A DNA stretch of 59,822 nt from Chlamydiota bacterium (GTDB lineage Bacteria; Chlamydiota; Chlamydiia; Chlamydiales; SM23-39): contig JACRNF010000019.1 of NCBI GenBank assembly GCA_016219355.1, positions 1 to 59,822 on the forward strand. The letters are read 5' to 3'. Below the pieces are notes generated by a model. That model was given only the letters and a program-made list of their open reading frames with translations. It ran no database searches and was not told where the DNA came from. The translations under genes were made by a program, and so were the position numbers. Positions 20,401 to 28,511 of this stretch are shown here, piece by piece; position 1 is the first letter of the stretch; each line of letters starts with the position of its first letter.

Positions 20401-21628
20401 TGAAGAGTACAAGAAACTCTTAAGTACTAAATCAATTGAACCACTTCAAGTATTTACCGTTGAGCTTGGTACTAAGATTTTAGTTGCCGATGGCAGCAAA
20501 GTAGATAAAAAAATCAAGATTGGTGAATGGGAGCAGCATAGCAGTCCGATCATTTGCGAAAAAGGTGGCTATGTCAAATACGAAGATTTAGTTGAAGGGA
20601 TTTCCATTCAAGGTGAAGTTAATAAGCAAACCGGACAGATTGAGCATATTGTTAAACAGCATAGAGGAGAATTACATCCTCAGATTATCATTTTTGCTGA
20701 TGATAAATATAAAGAACTGATTGGAACCTATGCTATTCCAGCCGGCGCTGTTATAGTAGTCAAAGAGGGACAAAAAATTACCTCGGGCACTATTATAGCC
20801 AAGCTTCCACGTGAGACGATCAAGACTAAGGATATCACCGGCGGGCTTCCTCGGGTTGCCGAGCTTTTTGAAGCAAGAGCCCCTAAAGAAGTGGCAGAGA
20901 TTGCCAAGATTGATGGTATTATAGACTTTAAAGGGGTGCAAAAAAACAACCGTATTGTGGTCATCCGCGATGAAGAGACCGGTATGGAAGAAGAGCATCA
21001 AATTCCGCTTAACAAGCACTTGATTGTCCAAAAAGAAGATATAGTATTCAAGGGACAGCAGTTGACCGACGGTCTGGTTGATCCTAAAGAAATTCTGGAA
21101 GTTTGCGGAGTCCGCGAGCTACAAAAATATTTGGTAAACGAAGTACAAGCGGTATATCGTTTACAAGGGGTTGACATCAATGACAAGCATATTGAGATCA
21201 TTGTTCGTCAAATGCTGCAAAAAATTGTTGTTACAGACCCAGGCGATACAACTTTCTTATTTGGAGAAGTTGTAGATAAAAGACATTTCCATACTCAGAA
21301 TAAAAAGACTAAAGAAGAGGGTGGAAAACCGGCCCAAGCGTCGCCGGATCTTTTGGGGATTACCAAATCCTCACTCGGAGCAGAGTCTTTTGTATCGGCC
21401 GCCTCATTCCAAGAGACGACTAAAGTGTTAACATGCGCTGCAACTGATGGCGCAATCGATTATCTTAGAGACTTTAAGTCTAACCTTATTATGGGACATA
21501 TTATTCCGGGAGGAACCGGATTTGCGTATCATCGCAAAGCAAGAAAATTTGTTGATGAGGCTAGAAAAGAAGAAGAGCTCTATGATTTTAGTGATAAGCC
21601 GATCAGTCTTGAAGTGATGATGGCCTAA
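17435..21628 (+). CDS. rpoC: DNA-directed RNA polymerase beta-prime subunit
   Basis: 1397 aa with a zinc-binding Cys cluster (CACGKYKK..CDRCGVEV) and the catalytic NADFDGD motif. Confidence 0.99.
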   Translation: MQDSEDFKRSQFDKLTIKIASDDVIRNSWSRGEIKKPETINYRTFKPEKGGLFCEKIFGPMRDWECACGKYKKIKHKGIVCDRCGVEVTISKVRRERMAHIDLAVPVVHIWFFKTMPSRIGNILGMSITDLERVIYYEEFVVTDPGNTELQKKQLLNDNEYREAQEKWGLDGFKAKMGGEAIIDLLKTEDLASLVLDLKEKLRKTKSMQARMKIAKRLKIVEGLASSPNTPHWMVLSCVPVIPPDLRPLVPLDGGRFATSDLNDLYRRVINRNNRLKSILKLKTPDVIIRNEKRMLQEAVDALFDNGRHGHPVMGAGNRPLKALSEMLKGKQGRFRQNLLGKRVDYSGRSVIVIGPELKFNQCGLPKEMALELFEPFIVKRLKDLGIVYTIRSAKKMIQKQAPEVWDVLDEIIKGHPVLLNRAPTLHRLGIQAFEPVLIEGKAIRIHPLVTTAFNADFDGDQMAVHIPLSIEAQLEAKLLMMAPDNIFLPSSGKPVTIPTQDMILGLYYLMLDPIYTAEEQGRKTKIFRNTEEVLLALGASVSHNRFDPKKQGRAQMDDTGRGLRLHEKIKVKIDVGIIETTPGRVIFNTIVPAHLGFQNYALRKKKLSELVLECYKKVGLEATVKFLDNMKNLGFAEATKASLSMGVIDVRVPQNKKKVIDEAHKKVEKVKKQYEDGIITDGEKHSKIISIWTEVTDFLSEELFKLVAEIREGELNPLYLMMDSGARGNKSQVKQLGALRGLMAKPSGEIIESPITSNFREGLTVLEYFISTHGARKGLADTALKTADSGYLTRRLVDVAQDLIITELDCGTLNGVEVSGIKQGQEELLPLKDRIFGRTVCDDILLPGDSTQYLAKSQDILTFQKAEAIDDAGIESVKLRSPLTCESTRGICAKCYGLNLATGNLVGLGEAIGIIAAQSIGEPGTQLTMRTFHIGGIASAGATPQLIADHSGILIYKDLRTVKNDEGQWLTLNKNGTLHIVRDEGRSIEEYKKLLSTKSIEPLQVFTVELGTKILVADGSKVDKKIKIGEWEQHSSPIICEKGGYVKYEDLVEGISIQGEVNKQTGQIEHIVKQHRGELHPQIIIFADDKYKELIGTYAIPAGAVIVVKEGQKITSGTIIAKLPRETIKTKDITGGLPRVAELFEARAPKEVAEIAKIDGIIDFKGVQKNNRIVVIRDEETGMEEEHQIPLNKHLIVQKEDIVFKGQQLTDGLVDPKEILEVCGVRELQKYLVNEVQAVYRLQGVDINDKHIEIIVRQMLQKIVVTDPGDTTFLFGEVVDKRHFHTQNKKTKEEGGKPAQASPDLLGITKSSLGAESFVSAASFQETTKVLTCAATDGAIDYLRDFKSNLIMGHIIPGGTGFAYHRKARKFVDEARKEEELYDFSDKPISLEVMMA

Positions 21629-21635
21629 ATCAATT

Positions 21636-21665
21636 AAGCCCTGCTTTTGGCAGGGCTTTTTTTTC
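21636..21665. terminator. intrinsic terminator after rpoC (possibly bidirectional)
   Basis: AAGCCCTGC-TTTTG-GCAGGGCTT followed by T9. It lies between the convergent rpoC and LRR genes. Confidence 0.75.
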
Positions 21666-21690
21666 TAGAAAAAAACTATTTTTTTTATAC

Positions 21691-22638
21691 TTAAAGTTGC
21701 TGACATTTTTCATTTTGTTCTCTAATTAATCGATCGAAAATTATATTATCACCTTTTATCCAGTCTGCGTTTTTCTCACATGATGCTGAATAGTTGCCTT
21801 TCATAAATTGATTATCCATCATGTTACAAAAATCTTGCTGAAAATATAGCGGATTGTTAGAAACATAAAAATTTGTTAATGAAGATAATTTTTCAAAACA
21901 AGACTGTGAAAATCCATGCAGTTTATTATTACGAAGATCTAAGTTTGTTAATTCATTCATTTTACTAATAAATGTGGGTATTGCTCTGATGTTATTGTTC
22001 GAAAGATCAATCCAGGATGCATGTGTAAAATATTGCAATTCTTCAGGAAATTGAGTTAAATTAAGATTAGTTAACTGAAGCTTCCAAATGGCTTGCATTT
22101 CCACAGGATGTTCAATTATCCATTCGCGCAGTAATTTAGCTTTCTCAATATTATTAGTTAAATCCCTTCTTCGATTAAGAATATCAACGAGCCCTTGATA
22201 GGAGCCTATGGGCAAACTTGAAGGACTGCCATTACTAGCTATATCCGCGGGATCACTATCTATATCTCGGATTATTGAAGTTAGCATAATTATCAAATTA
22301 TTAGCTTTTTCAAGTTCTAATTTTCTTTTAATCTCTCCAAATGTTTTCATTATTAGCTCTTCATAATGAGAGTGTGTTTCTGGAAATTCATATAAACTTC
22401 TCAGTGCTTCGAATGTAATAATAAGATTTTGTTCGCTTGGATTAAACTCATTAAATTTGGTCGAACACTCTACTAAAGATTTTGCGGAATAATATTCCGC
22501 AGGAGCATATTGTTCAAAGAAACTTGTTGCCAATTCTCCCACAGCAGCAGATTTTGAAAAATCCTGATCTACTTGTTCAAACGTACACAATTCTATAGCT
22601 TTGCTTTTTAATGAATCTACAGTTCTTGTTGCTGACAT
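21691..22638 (-). CDS. leucine-rich-repeat protein (candidate secreted effector), ends ...EKCQQL
   Basis: 315 aa. The C-terminal third has about 4 LxxLxLxxNxL repeats (LTNLNLTQFP, WIDLSNNNIRAIP, LTNLDLRNNKL, LTNFYVSNNPL). The N-terminal part is orphan. Confidence 0.7.
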   Translation of the reverse strand: MSATRTVDSLKSKAIELCTFEQVDQDFSKSAAVGELATSFFEQYAPAEYYSAKSLVECSTKFNEFNPSEQNLIITFEALRSLYEFPETHSHYEELIMKTFGEIKRKLELEKANNLIIMLTSIIRDIDSDPADIASNGSPSSLPIGSYQGLVDILNRRRDLTNNIEKAKLLREWIIEHPVEMQAIWKLQLTNLNLTQFPEELQYFTHASWIDLSNNNIRAIPTFISKMNELTNLDLRNNKLHGFSQSCFEKLSSLTNFYVSNNPLYFQQDFCNMMDNQFMKGNYSASCEKNADWIKGDNIIFDRLIREQNEKCQQL

Positions 22639-23071
22639 TTTTTCTCCTTGTTTTTATCAATATTATTAATAATAAAGTGTTGTTATATAATTATACTATA
22701 ATTTTTAATTACAAACAAGTTATTAATTTAATATTGTTATTTAAAATAATTATTAATAATTGTAAGTTTTTATTTTAAAGTAGATCAAAAATATTCGAGA
22801 TTTCATGTATATTAAAAAAATTGATATTTAAAATATTATTTATGAGTTTATATTTTTAATTATAAACTATTTAAGATTAAGTGATTTAAAATCTTAAATA
22901 TTTAGTAATAGTGAAGTAAAAAACTATTTTTCATAAAACAATTAATGTATTTAAAAAATTATCACTAACTAGTTAACTAAGGGTGCGTAAAAACATAGTA
23001 ATTGATATTTAATTCAAAATGTAATACAATTATTTAAGATACATTGCAAATAATAAACTAACGAAGTAGTT

Positions 23072-23788
23072 ATGTGTAATTTTTTAAAATCAGTGCTTTT
23101 GGGAAGTATAGGAACTTATTGCATTTTAGGGACGCCCATTGAATTTAAAAAGGAATATCTTCCTTTTAGCCGTAAGGTTTATTCACCTGAAGAATTAAAA
23201 TTTTACAATAGCAATGCAGGTCGCTTAATTACTCAAGGCTTTTTCTTGATTACTACTCAAGGTTATGCTAAAGTATTTGTTCATGAAGTGTGTCATGCCA
23301 TAGCAGTTAAACTGCTTCTTAAGCAAAATACCAAAATTACTATTTTTACTAAAGGTTATAGTGGCATGACTGAATCCACTACTGGTTTGCAAGAGGTTTC
23401 TGATTGGAAAAAATCTATTATAAGTGTAGCAGGCCCAATGGGAAGTATGGCTTTTTCCACATGTAAATTGGTTGCTTTGACGGCCTTAAAAAGTTACATT
23501 CCTAGACATGTTGCTTTAACTTTGGGTGGTGGAGCTATCATTTCGATGTCTTTAGATCTTGAAAAAGCATATCTTGGAGCTTCTTCCAAGTGCAAGGATG
23601 ATATTAGAGATTTTGCTAGAATCAAACGACATGGAGCTAATCATCTTGCGGTTGCTAGCTCAGTATTAGTTGCGCAATATGCTTTAGGAATATTTGTAGC
23701 GAATAAATTGCAAAGAAATTTAGCGATTTTTCCCGTTGCTTGTCTAAGCCTGATAGCGGTGGCGATAAAAGATGAATTAGGTTGGTAG
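23072..23788 (+). CDS. membrane protein with an HExxH motif (M50B-like putative zinc metalloprotease)
   Basis: 238 aa. HEVCHA lies in a hydrophobic context and is followed by VAGPMGS, with several further TM segments. Assignment by motif only. Confidence 0.5.
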   Translation: MCNFLKSVLLGSIGTYCILGTPIEFKKEYLPFSRKVYSPEELKFYNSNAGRLITQGFFLITTQGYAKVFVHEVCHAIAVKLLLKQNTKITIFTKGYSGMTESTTGLQEVSDWKKSIISVAGPMGSMAFSTCKLVALTALKSYIPRHVALTLGGGAIISMSLDLEKAYLGASSKCKDDIRDFARIKRHGANHLAVASSVLVAQYALGIFVANKLQRNLAIFPVACLSLIAVAIKDELGW

Positions 23789-23800
23789 AGAAAAACGCAT

Positions 23801-24292
23801 TCATTCTTCAGCTGGATATAGTATGGCATCTTTGATACCGCAAAGCTCTTCTAAAGTCATCTGCAAGATTATCTTTTTAATCTCTTCAGTTACATTAAAA
23901 TTTAAAATGTTCTTTAGACTAACCCAAGCAAAAGAATCATGCTCAGATAATTTAATTTTAAAAGGCGCTTCCACTTCAATATGATAATTAAATTGCCGCG
24001 TCTTTTTTTTAGAGGAGGAGAGATAATCAAACGAGGATATATAAGAGTAAATTTTTTTAAGCTTAAGATTAGTCTCTTCTAAAACTTCCCGTTTTAAGGC
24101 TTGATCTAATGTTTCAGAGGTTTCAACTTTTCCGCTGGGAAGCTCATGTATTCCCCCCATAAAATCATCTTTTTTTCGTCTGAGAAGTAAAACCTCATTT
24201 TTTTTGTTGGTAATCACACCTCCAACAACAAATCTTTCAATACCTTCAGATTTTGCTGTAGCAATTAACCTTAAAAAAAAATCTTTGTCCAT
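23801..24292 (-). CDS. Nudix hydrolase
   Basis: From the ATG at 24292 the product starts MDKDFF. The Nudix box is GGIHELPSGKVETSETLDQALKREVLEETNL. The track extension to 24478 is a translation of the MITE-like repeat. Confidence 0.85.
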   Translation of the reverse strand: MDKDFFLRLIATAKSEGIERFVVGGVITNKKNEVLLLRRKKDDFMGGIHELPSGKVETSETLDQALKREVLEETNLKLKKIYSYISSFDYLSSSKKKTRQFNYHIEVEAPFKIKLSEHDSFAWVSLKNILNFNVTEEIKKIILQMTLEELCGIKDAILYPAEE

Positions 24293-24464
24293 ATTAACCT
24301 CAGTTTTGGGTCTAATCCACTCAGAATCAGCAATCTTTTTGCAATTTTGATTTCTTTTTTTCTCGAAAAGAGAGCCTTTGGCTATTTTCCTCGAAAAAAA
24401 GAAATCAAACTCCTCAAAAATCTTAGCAGATTCAGAGGGAAGAAACCCAATACTGAGGTTATTA
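24292..24464. repeat. MITE-like 173-bp palindromic element, copy 2
   Basis: Same orientation and length as 4781..4953, with 157/173 identical. It exactly fills the gap between the tal stop (24462..24464) and the Nudix start (24290..24292). Confidence 0.75.
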
Positions 24465-25436
24465 GAACATTTTAGCAAAAATTAATTTTTCCAAAGCAAT
24501 TGTATCTTTGATAAAAAGCCTAATCCCTTCAGATAGTTTTTCAGTTGCCATTTGATCTTCGTTGAGCATAAAACGAAAACCTTTTTCATCTAAGCTCTTC
24601 TTGTCTAAAGATTGTGCTTTGGCTACTTGAAAATCTAGTTTTTTATAAAGCTCTCCTTCAGTTTTTTGGAGCTCATCTAAAAGCTGGGGAGAAATAGTCA
24701 ATAGATCGCAGCCGGCAAGCTCTATAATTTCATCGATATTTCTAAAACTGGCCCCCATGATCTGGGTTGTATAATCAAATTTCTTATAGTAGTTATAAAT
24801 GGCTGTGACCGATTTTACCCCAGGATCATCGCTTGGAGCATACTTGTCTTTATTTTCAAATTTCTTAAACCAATCCAATATTCTGCCAACAAAAGGGGAG
24901 ATCAAGGTTGCTTTAACGTCTGCGGCTTTAATAGCTTGGGCTAGGCTAAAAATAAGGGTCATGTTGCAATGGATTTTTTCTTTTTCAAGCTTTTCGGCAG
25001 CTAATAGCCCTTCCCAAGTTGAAGCTAACTTTATTAAAATTCTTTCCCTGGGTATTTGTTTTTCTTCAAAAAGAGCAATAATTTGTTTGGCTTTTTTGAC
25101 GCTGGCATCGGTGTCAAATGAGAGCCTGGCATCCACTTCAATTGAGACTCTTCCGGGGACCTGTTTTAAAATTTCCGATGCAAAATTTACCAAAAGCTTA
25201 TCTAATATTGTGGGCATTTTTTCTTTTTCAGGTTTATTTTTGGCAAAACTAATCGCTTCATCAATTAAAAAACTGTATTTGGGGTCTTGAGATGCTTTAT
25301 AGATTAAAGAAGGGTTGGTGGTGGCATCGGTCGGCTTATACTTGGCAATCGAAAGAAAATCGGAAGTGTCAGCCACTACCGTGGTCATTTTTTTTAATTG
25401 GTCTAACTTGTTTTTTTGTAATGTTTGCAGAGTCAT
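24462..25436 (-). CDS. tal: transaldolase
   Basis: 324 aa with TTVVADTSDF, DATTNPSLI and the active-site Lys context ILIKLASTWEG. Confidence 0.95.
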   Translation of the reverse strand: MTLQTLQKNKLDQLKKMTTVVADTSDFLSIAKYKPTDATTNPSLIYKASQDPKYSFLIDEAISFAKNKPEKEKMPTILDKLLVNFASEILKQVPGRVSIEVDARLSFDTDASVKKAKQIIALFEEKQIPRERILIKLASTWEGLLAAEKLEKEKIHCNMTLIFSLAQAIKAADVKATLISPFVGRILDWFKKFENKDKYAPSDDPGVKSVTAIYNYYKKFDYTTQIMGASFRNIDEIIELAGCDLLTISPQLLDELQKTEGELYKKLDFQVAKAQSLDKKSLDEKGFRFMLNEDQMATEKLSEGIRLFIKDTIALEKLIFAKMF

Positions 25437-25445
25437 ATTTTTAAC

Positions 25446-25955
25446 CTATTGCGGCAATGTTTTAAATGAGTGGAATAAATTTTCTAAAGTATGATTTTTA
25501 GATTTTAAATTGTCAAATTTATTTGCAAAATCTTTAGGCTCTAATGTGGTCTCATAACCATCTAACATAATGGTAACTTCATGGTTGTTCTTAAGACTTG
25601 TGATTATTAAATCGGTAGTTTCTGAAGATAATGCAATTTTTTGCCCACCTTTTAACCGAGATTCTATTTTTTCAAAAGTTTGATCATTTATTTTTATCGT
25701 GACCTTGGCCTTTTTTTCATTATCTATAATTGGTGTAGTAGTTTGAAAAAAGACATTTAAGTATCCATACAGCTCATTTTTAGTTTGTATGAATTCTACC
25801 TCAAGACCGCTTATCTGGTTAGAGTTGTTCGTTAGCTTGCAAGAATTAAAATCGGCCTCGCATTGAGATAAACTATCGAGCTTCCATGTTTCATTTTTGG
25901 AACATGAAATTAAAAGGAGAAAAAAAACAATCAGTTTAATGTTTGTGATGCTCAT
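25446..25955 (-). CDS. putative lipoprotein
   Basis: From Met-9 of the track ORF the product starts MSITNIKLIVFFLLLISC, a signal peptide plus lipobox. Orphan sequence. Confidence 0.55.
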   Translation of the reverse strand: MSITNIKLIVFFLLLISCSKNETWKLDSLSQCEADFNSCKLTNNSNQISGLEVEFIQTKNELYGYLNVFFQTTTPIIDNEKKAKVTIKINDQTFEKIESRLKGGQKIALSSETTDLIITSLKNNHEVTIMLDGYETTLEPKDFANKFDNLKSKNHTLENLFHSFKTLPQ

Positions 25956-26148
25956 GATTTTTATAAGCCCATGTTCCACCTAATGCAGCTGCGATGAGGG
26001 TCCCAATAATAAGGGAATATTTTTCTATCTTTCTATAATTTTGAGCTTGATAATATTTGATATCAGGTTTTTCTATATATTTTACATCCGCAAAACAATT
26101 GGAGATCATAAACATAGCGAATACTGAGAATAAAACAAGACGTTTCAT
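25936..26148 (-). CDS. small exported protein with a C-terminal TM segment and His-rich end
   Basis: 70 aa with signal peptide MKRLVLFSVFAMFMISNC, TM segment LIIGTLIAAALGG and tail NHEHHKH. Confidence 0.45.
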   Translation of the reverse strand: MKRLVLFSVFAMFMISNCFADVKYIEKPDIKYYQAQNYRKIEKYSLIIGTLIAAALGGTWAYKNHEHHKH

Positions 26149-26191
26149 AATTTTTCCTTAGTCGTTTTACTATTATTATGAACTAAACAGC

Positions 26192-26689
26192 CTATTTAAC
26201 TGAAGTAAGATTTAATGATTCGAAAGAACTTACAAATTCTTTGTAATGAAGCATAAACTCTTCTTTTAAACAAGCTCCGGTCATAACATAAACAATCTTA
26301 TCTTTATGCCAAATAGCTTGGAGTAGGCTCATATCACCCGAAGTCGTTTTGATGCAGATTTCGCTAAGGTTGGCCTTTCCAAAAGGGGTTTGTAAAATGC
26401 CCAGTTTTTTCCAAGAAGAGTTAGGGTCCGCGTCCCTTTGCGAGTCCACAATTTTTAAATATTCATCAAAAGGAATCGAGATCTCTTCATAGGTTAAGTT
26501 AATGGAGGGCCTTATTCCATTTTTGGCCTTACCGACATAGCCCATGGTGTTTTTTTGGAAAATTGGCAAAGTTTTAGGATCGATCGCGCTCCAATTTTTT
26601 GGAGGAGTAAAAGAGAGCTCATTTTGCGCCGAAAATCCTTTTGAAAAAAGGGTGAAGCAGGCTACAAAAATTAGAATATATTTAATCAT
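26192..26689 (-). CDS. secreted hypothetical protein
   Basis: 165 aa with signal peptide MIKYILIFVACFTLFSKGFSA. It overlaps the upstream gene by 8 nt, suggesting translational coupling. Confidence 0.6.
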   Translation of the reverse strand: MIKYILIFVACFTLFSKGFSAQNELSFTPPKNWSAIDPKTLPIFQKNTMGYVGKAKNGIRPSINLTYEEISIPFDEYLKIVDSQRDADPNSSWKKLGILQTPFGKANLSEICIKTTSGDMSLLQAIWHKDKIVYVMTGACLKEEFMLHYKEFVSSFESLNLTSVK

Positions 26690-26900
26690 CTGAATGGGCC
26701 GATGATGAAGATGAAGGGATTATAAAAAATACTAAAGCAGCGATACCAAGGCCCAATAATATACCCCATGTGACAATAGACATGGAAACGCCGTTATGAG
26801 AACTTGCCATTGCAGCGGTTGGTTTTGAAGATTCAGCATAAGTTGTTGAAGTCAATGTACAGCTAAACAATATAAGAATTAATAGAAGTGTTTTTTTCAT
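26682..26900 (-). CDS. small lipoprotein/membrane protein
   Basis: The internal Met gives MKKTLLLILILFSC (lipobox), followed by TM segment WGILLGLGIAALVFFII and tail SSSSSAHSDD. Confidence 0.45.
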   Translation of the reverse strand: MKKTLLLILILFSCTLTSTTYAESSKPTAAMASSHNGVSMSIVTWGILLGLGIAALVFFIIPSSSSSAHSDD

Positions 26901-27093
26901 AAATTCCTTTATTTGTTGAAGAAATACTTTACAGTCTTTTTGAATTTTGGTCAATTGTCATTTTTTCAAAATAAATTTTATAGATTATTAAATAAAATAC
27001 ACTTTGATTTTGGAGGTTTTTTAATATAAAGTTACATAACTTTTATCACCAAAATTTTAACTGATAATACTCATTTTTTTTGAAAAGAACTGT

Positions 27094-27121
27094 TTGCTTA
27101 AAATCAAAGTAGGTATAGAAT
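27094..27121 (+). promoter_or_regulatory. candidate sigma70-type promoter of the V-ATPase operon
   Basis: TTGCTT (27094..27099), a 16-nt spacer, then TAGAAT (27116..27121), about 30 nt upstream of the preferred atpE start. Pattern only. Confidence 0.3.
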
Positions 27122-27153
27122 CCAAATTGCTATCCTTACGAAGAGGTGTCTTA

Positions 27154-27681
27154 ATGAAAGAAAATGAAACTACTGGTAAAGATAAGATTCAAAAAATATG
27201 TGATATCTTAAAAAAAGAAACCATCGATCCGGCCAAACAAGAGGCTAAAGAGATAATCGAAAATGCTAATATGCAAGCCTTGGAAATCATCAATATCTCT
27301 AAAAGAGATGCTGCTAAATTGATCGAAGAGGCTAAAAAAACTCAAGAAGAAGAAAAAAAGATTTTTAAAGCGTCCTTAGACCTTGCTGCTAAAAAAGGGA
27401 TAGATGCTTTTGTCATGGCTATTGGAAAAGAGGGTATCGATTCTGATCTAACGGCCTCTGTTGCCAAAGAGATAAACCCAAAAGATGTTATTCACCTATT
27501 AGTAAGTCAAGCTGCAAAAAAATTGACGGAGAAAGATATTGTTTTATCCGATATTGCAGGTGGAGTTAAAGTTAAAATTAAAGATATGCAACTAACATTA
27601 GACGTATCAGCCGAAGCCATCAAAGATCTTTTAGCCGGATATATCCGCAAAGATTTTCAAGACATTATTTTTAAAGTTTAA
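27154..27681 (+). CDS. atpE: V-type ATP synthase subunit E
   Basis: Charged, helical, E-subunit-like sequence (KIQKICD..AKQEAKEIIENA..). The ATG at 27154 has AAGAGG 7 nt upstream. The TTG at 27094 is an alternative start. Confidence 0.7.
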   Translation: MKENETTGKDKIQKICDILKKETIDPAKQEAKEIIENANMQALEIINISKRDAAKLIEEAKKTQEEEKKIFKASLDLAAKKGIDAFVMAIGKEGIDSDLTASVAKEINPKDVIHLLVSQAAKKLTEKDIVLSDIAGGVKVKIKDMQLTLDVSAEAIKDLLAGYIRKDFQDIIFKV

Positions 27682-27690
27682 TAGTTTTGT

Positions 27691-28461
27691 ATGAAAAAAT
27701 ATTATTTTGTCCTTTGTTCTTTGCCGGAGTTATTTATTGAAGGAGAACTTCCTGTCTCTTTTGATAGTTTTCAAGGCATGCTTCAAATTAACCTTAAAAA
27801 AAATGACCTTAAGCAAAGTATTTTGATGCGTAAATATATAGATATCTTGAATTTACGTCTTTTTTGGCAAAATAAGATGATAGATCCACGAGGCAATTTG
27901 ACTGCAAGAGGCTTAGAAGAAGAGAGTTTAACTGGGGAATTTTTGCCATCCTTTGTTGTCGAATTTGTTAATCTGTATGAAGAATTGCAAGACAAATTAA
28001 AACATTTCCCATCCTTATTATCTCAATTTTTTTTAAGTGTTCTGTCTGAGAATAAAAAAGGATTTCTGTCTGACTTCTTTAAAATGGAAAGAGAGACTGG
28101 GTTGGTATTAACTGCTATCAGATCAAAAACATTAAGAAGAGACATCGTTAAAGAACTTCAATATGAAGATCCAAAAGATGATTTTGTGGCTTATATTTTA
28201 GCTCAAAAAGATATGGAAGATTTTGAGCCGCCGATGGAGTATCGTTCTTTAAAAGAGCTCTATAATAAACACTATCTTGATCCTAAGGAATTAAACAAGG
28301 CTTTTGCCAAATACAAGTTTGACAAAATTGATAAAATGATGAAGAAAAAAATCTTTACAATTGATGAAATTTTGGGATATCAGGCCAAGCTTATGATGGT
28401 AGAAAACTTTAATAAATTAGATAAAAATAAAGGTAGAGAAATAATAGATAGTATTGCGTAA
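27691..28461 (+). CDS. conserved chlamydial V-ATPase-operon protein of unknown function
   Basis: 256 aa located between atpE and atpA, the same slot as the hypothetical gene in the Chlamydia trachomatis operon (recalled gene order). Confidence 0.6.
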   Translation: MKKYYFVLCSLPELFIEGELPVSFDSFQGMLQINLKKNDLKQSILMRKYIDILNLRLFWQNKMIDPRGNLTARGLEEESLTGEFLPSFVVEFVNLYEELQDKLKHFPSLLSQFFLSVLSENKKGFLSDFFKMERETGLVLTAIRSKTLRRDIVKELQYEDPKDDFVAYILAQKDMEDFEPPMEYRSLKELYNKHYLDPKELNKAFAKYKFDKIDKMMKKKIFTIDEILGYQAKLMMVENFNKLDKNKGREIIDSIA

Positions 28462-28511
28462 GTTTTAGCTTTGTTCATTTTATAATGTACAAAGCAGAGG
28501 AAAGGTAAAAA

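Noticed and set aside
22639-23071. Recurrent AATTAATAAT-like motifs upstream of the candidate effector genes, also at 38313..38527, 41524..41709 and 57695..58012, as a possible shared regulatory box.
   Set aside because: These spacers are nearly pure A/T, so such words are expected by chance. Without statistics or a position-specific alignment the motif is not supportable.
24799-25290. A 163-aa plus-strand ORF opposite tal.
   Set aside because: Transaldolase on the minus strand is unambiguous. The plus-strand product is Ser/Leu/Phe-rich, which is shadow composition.
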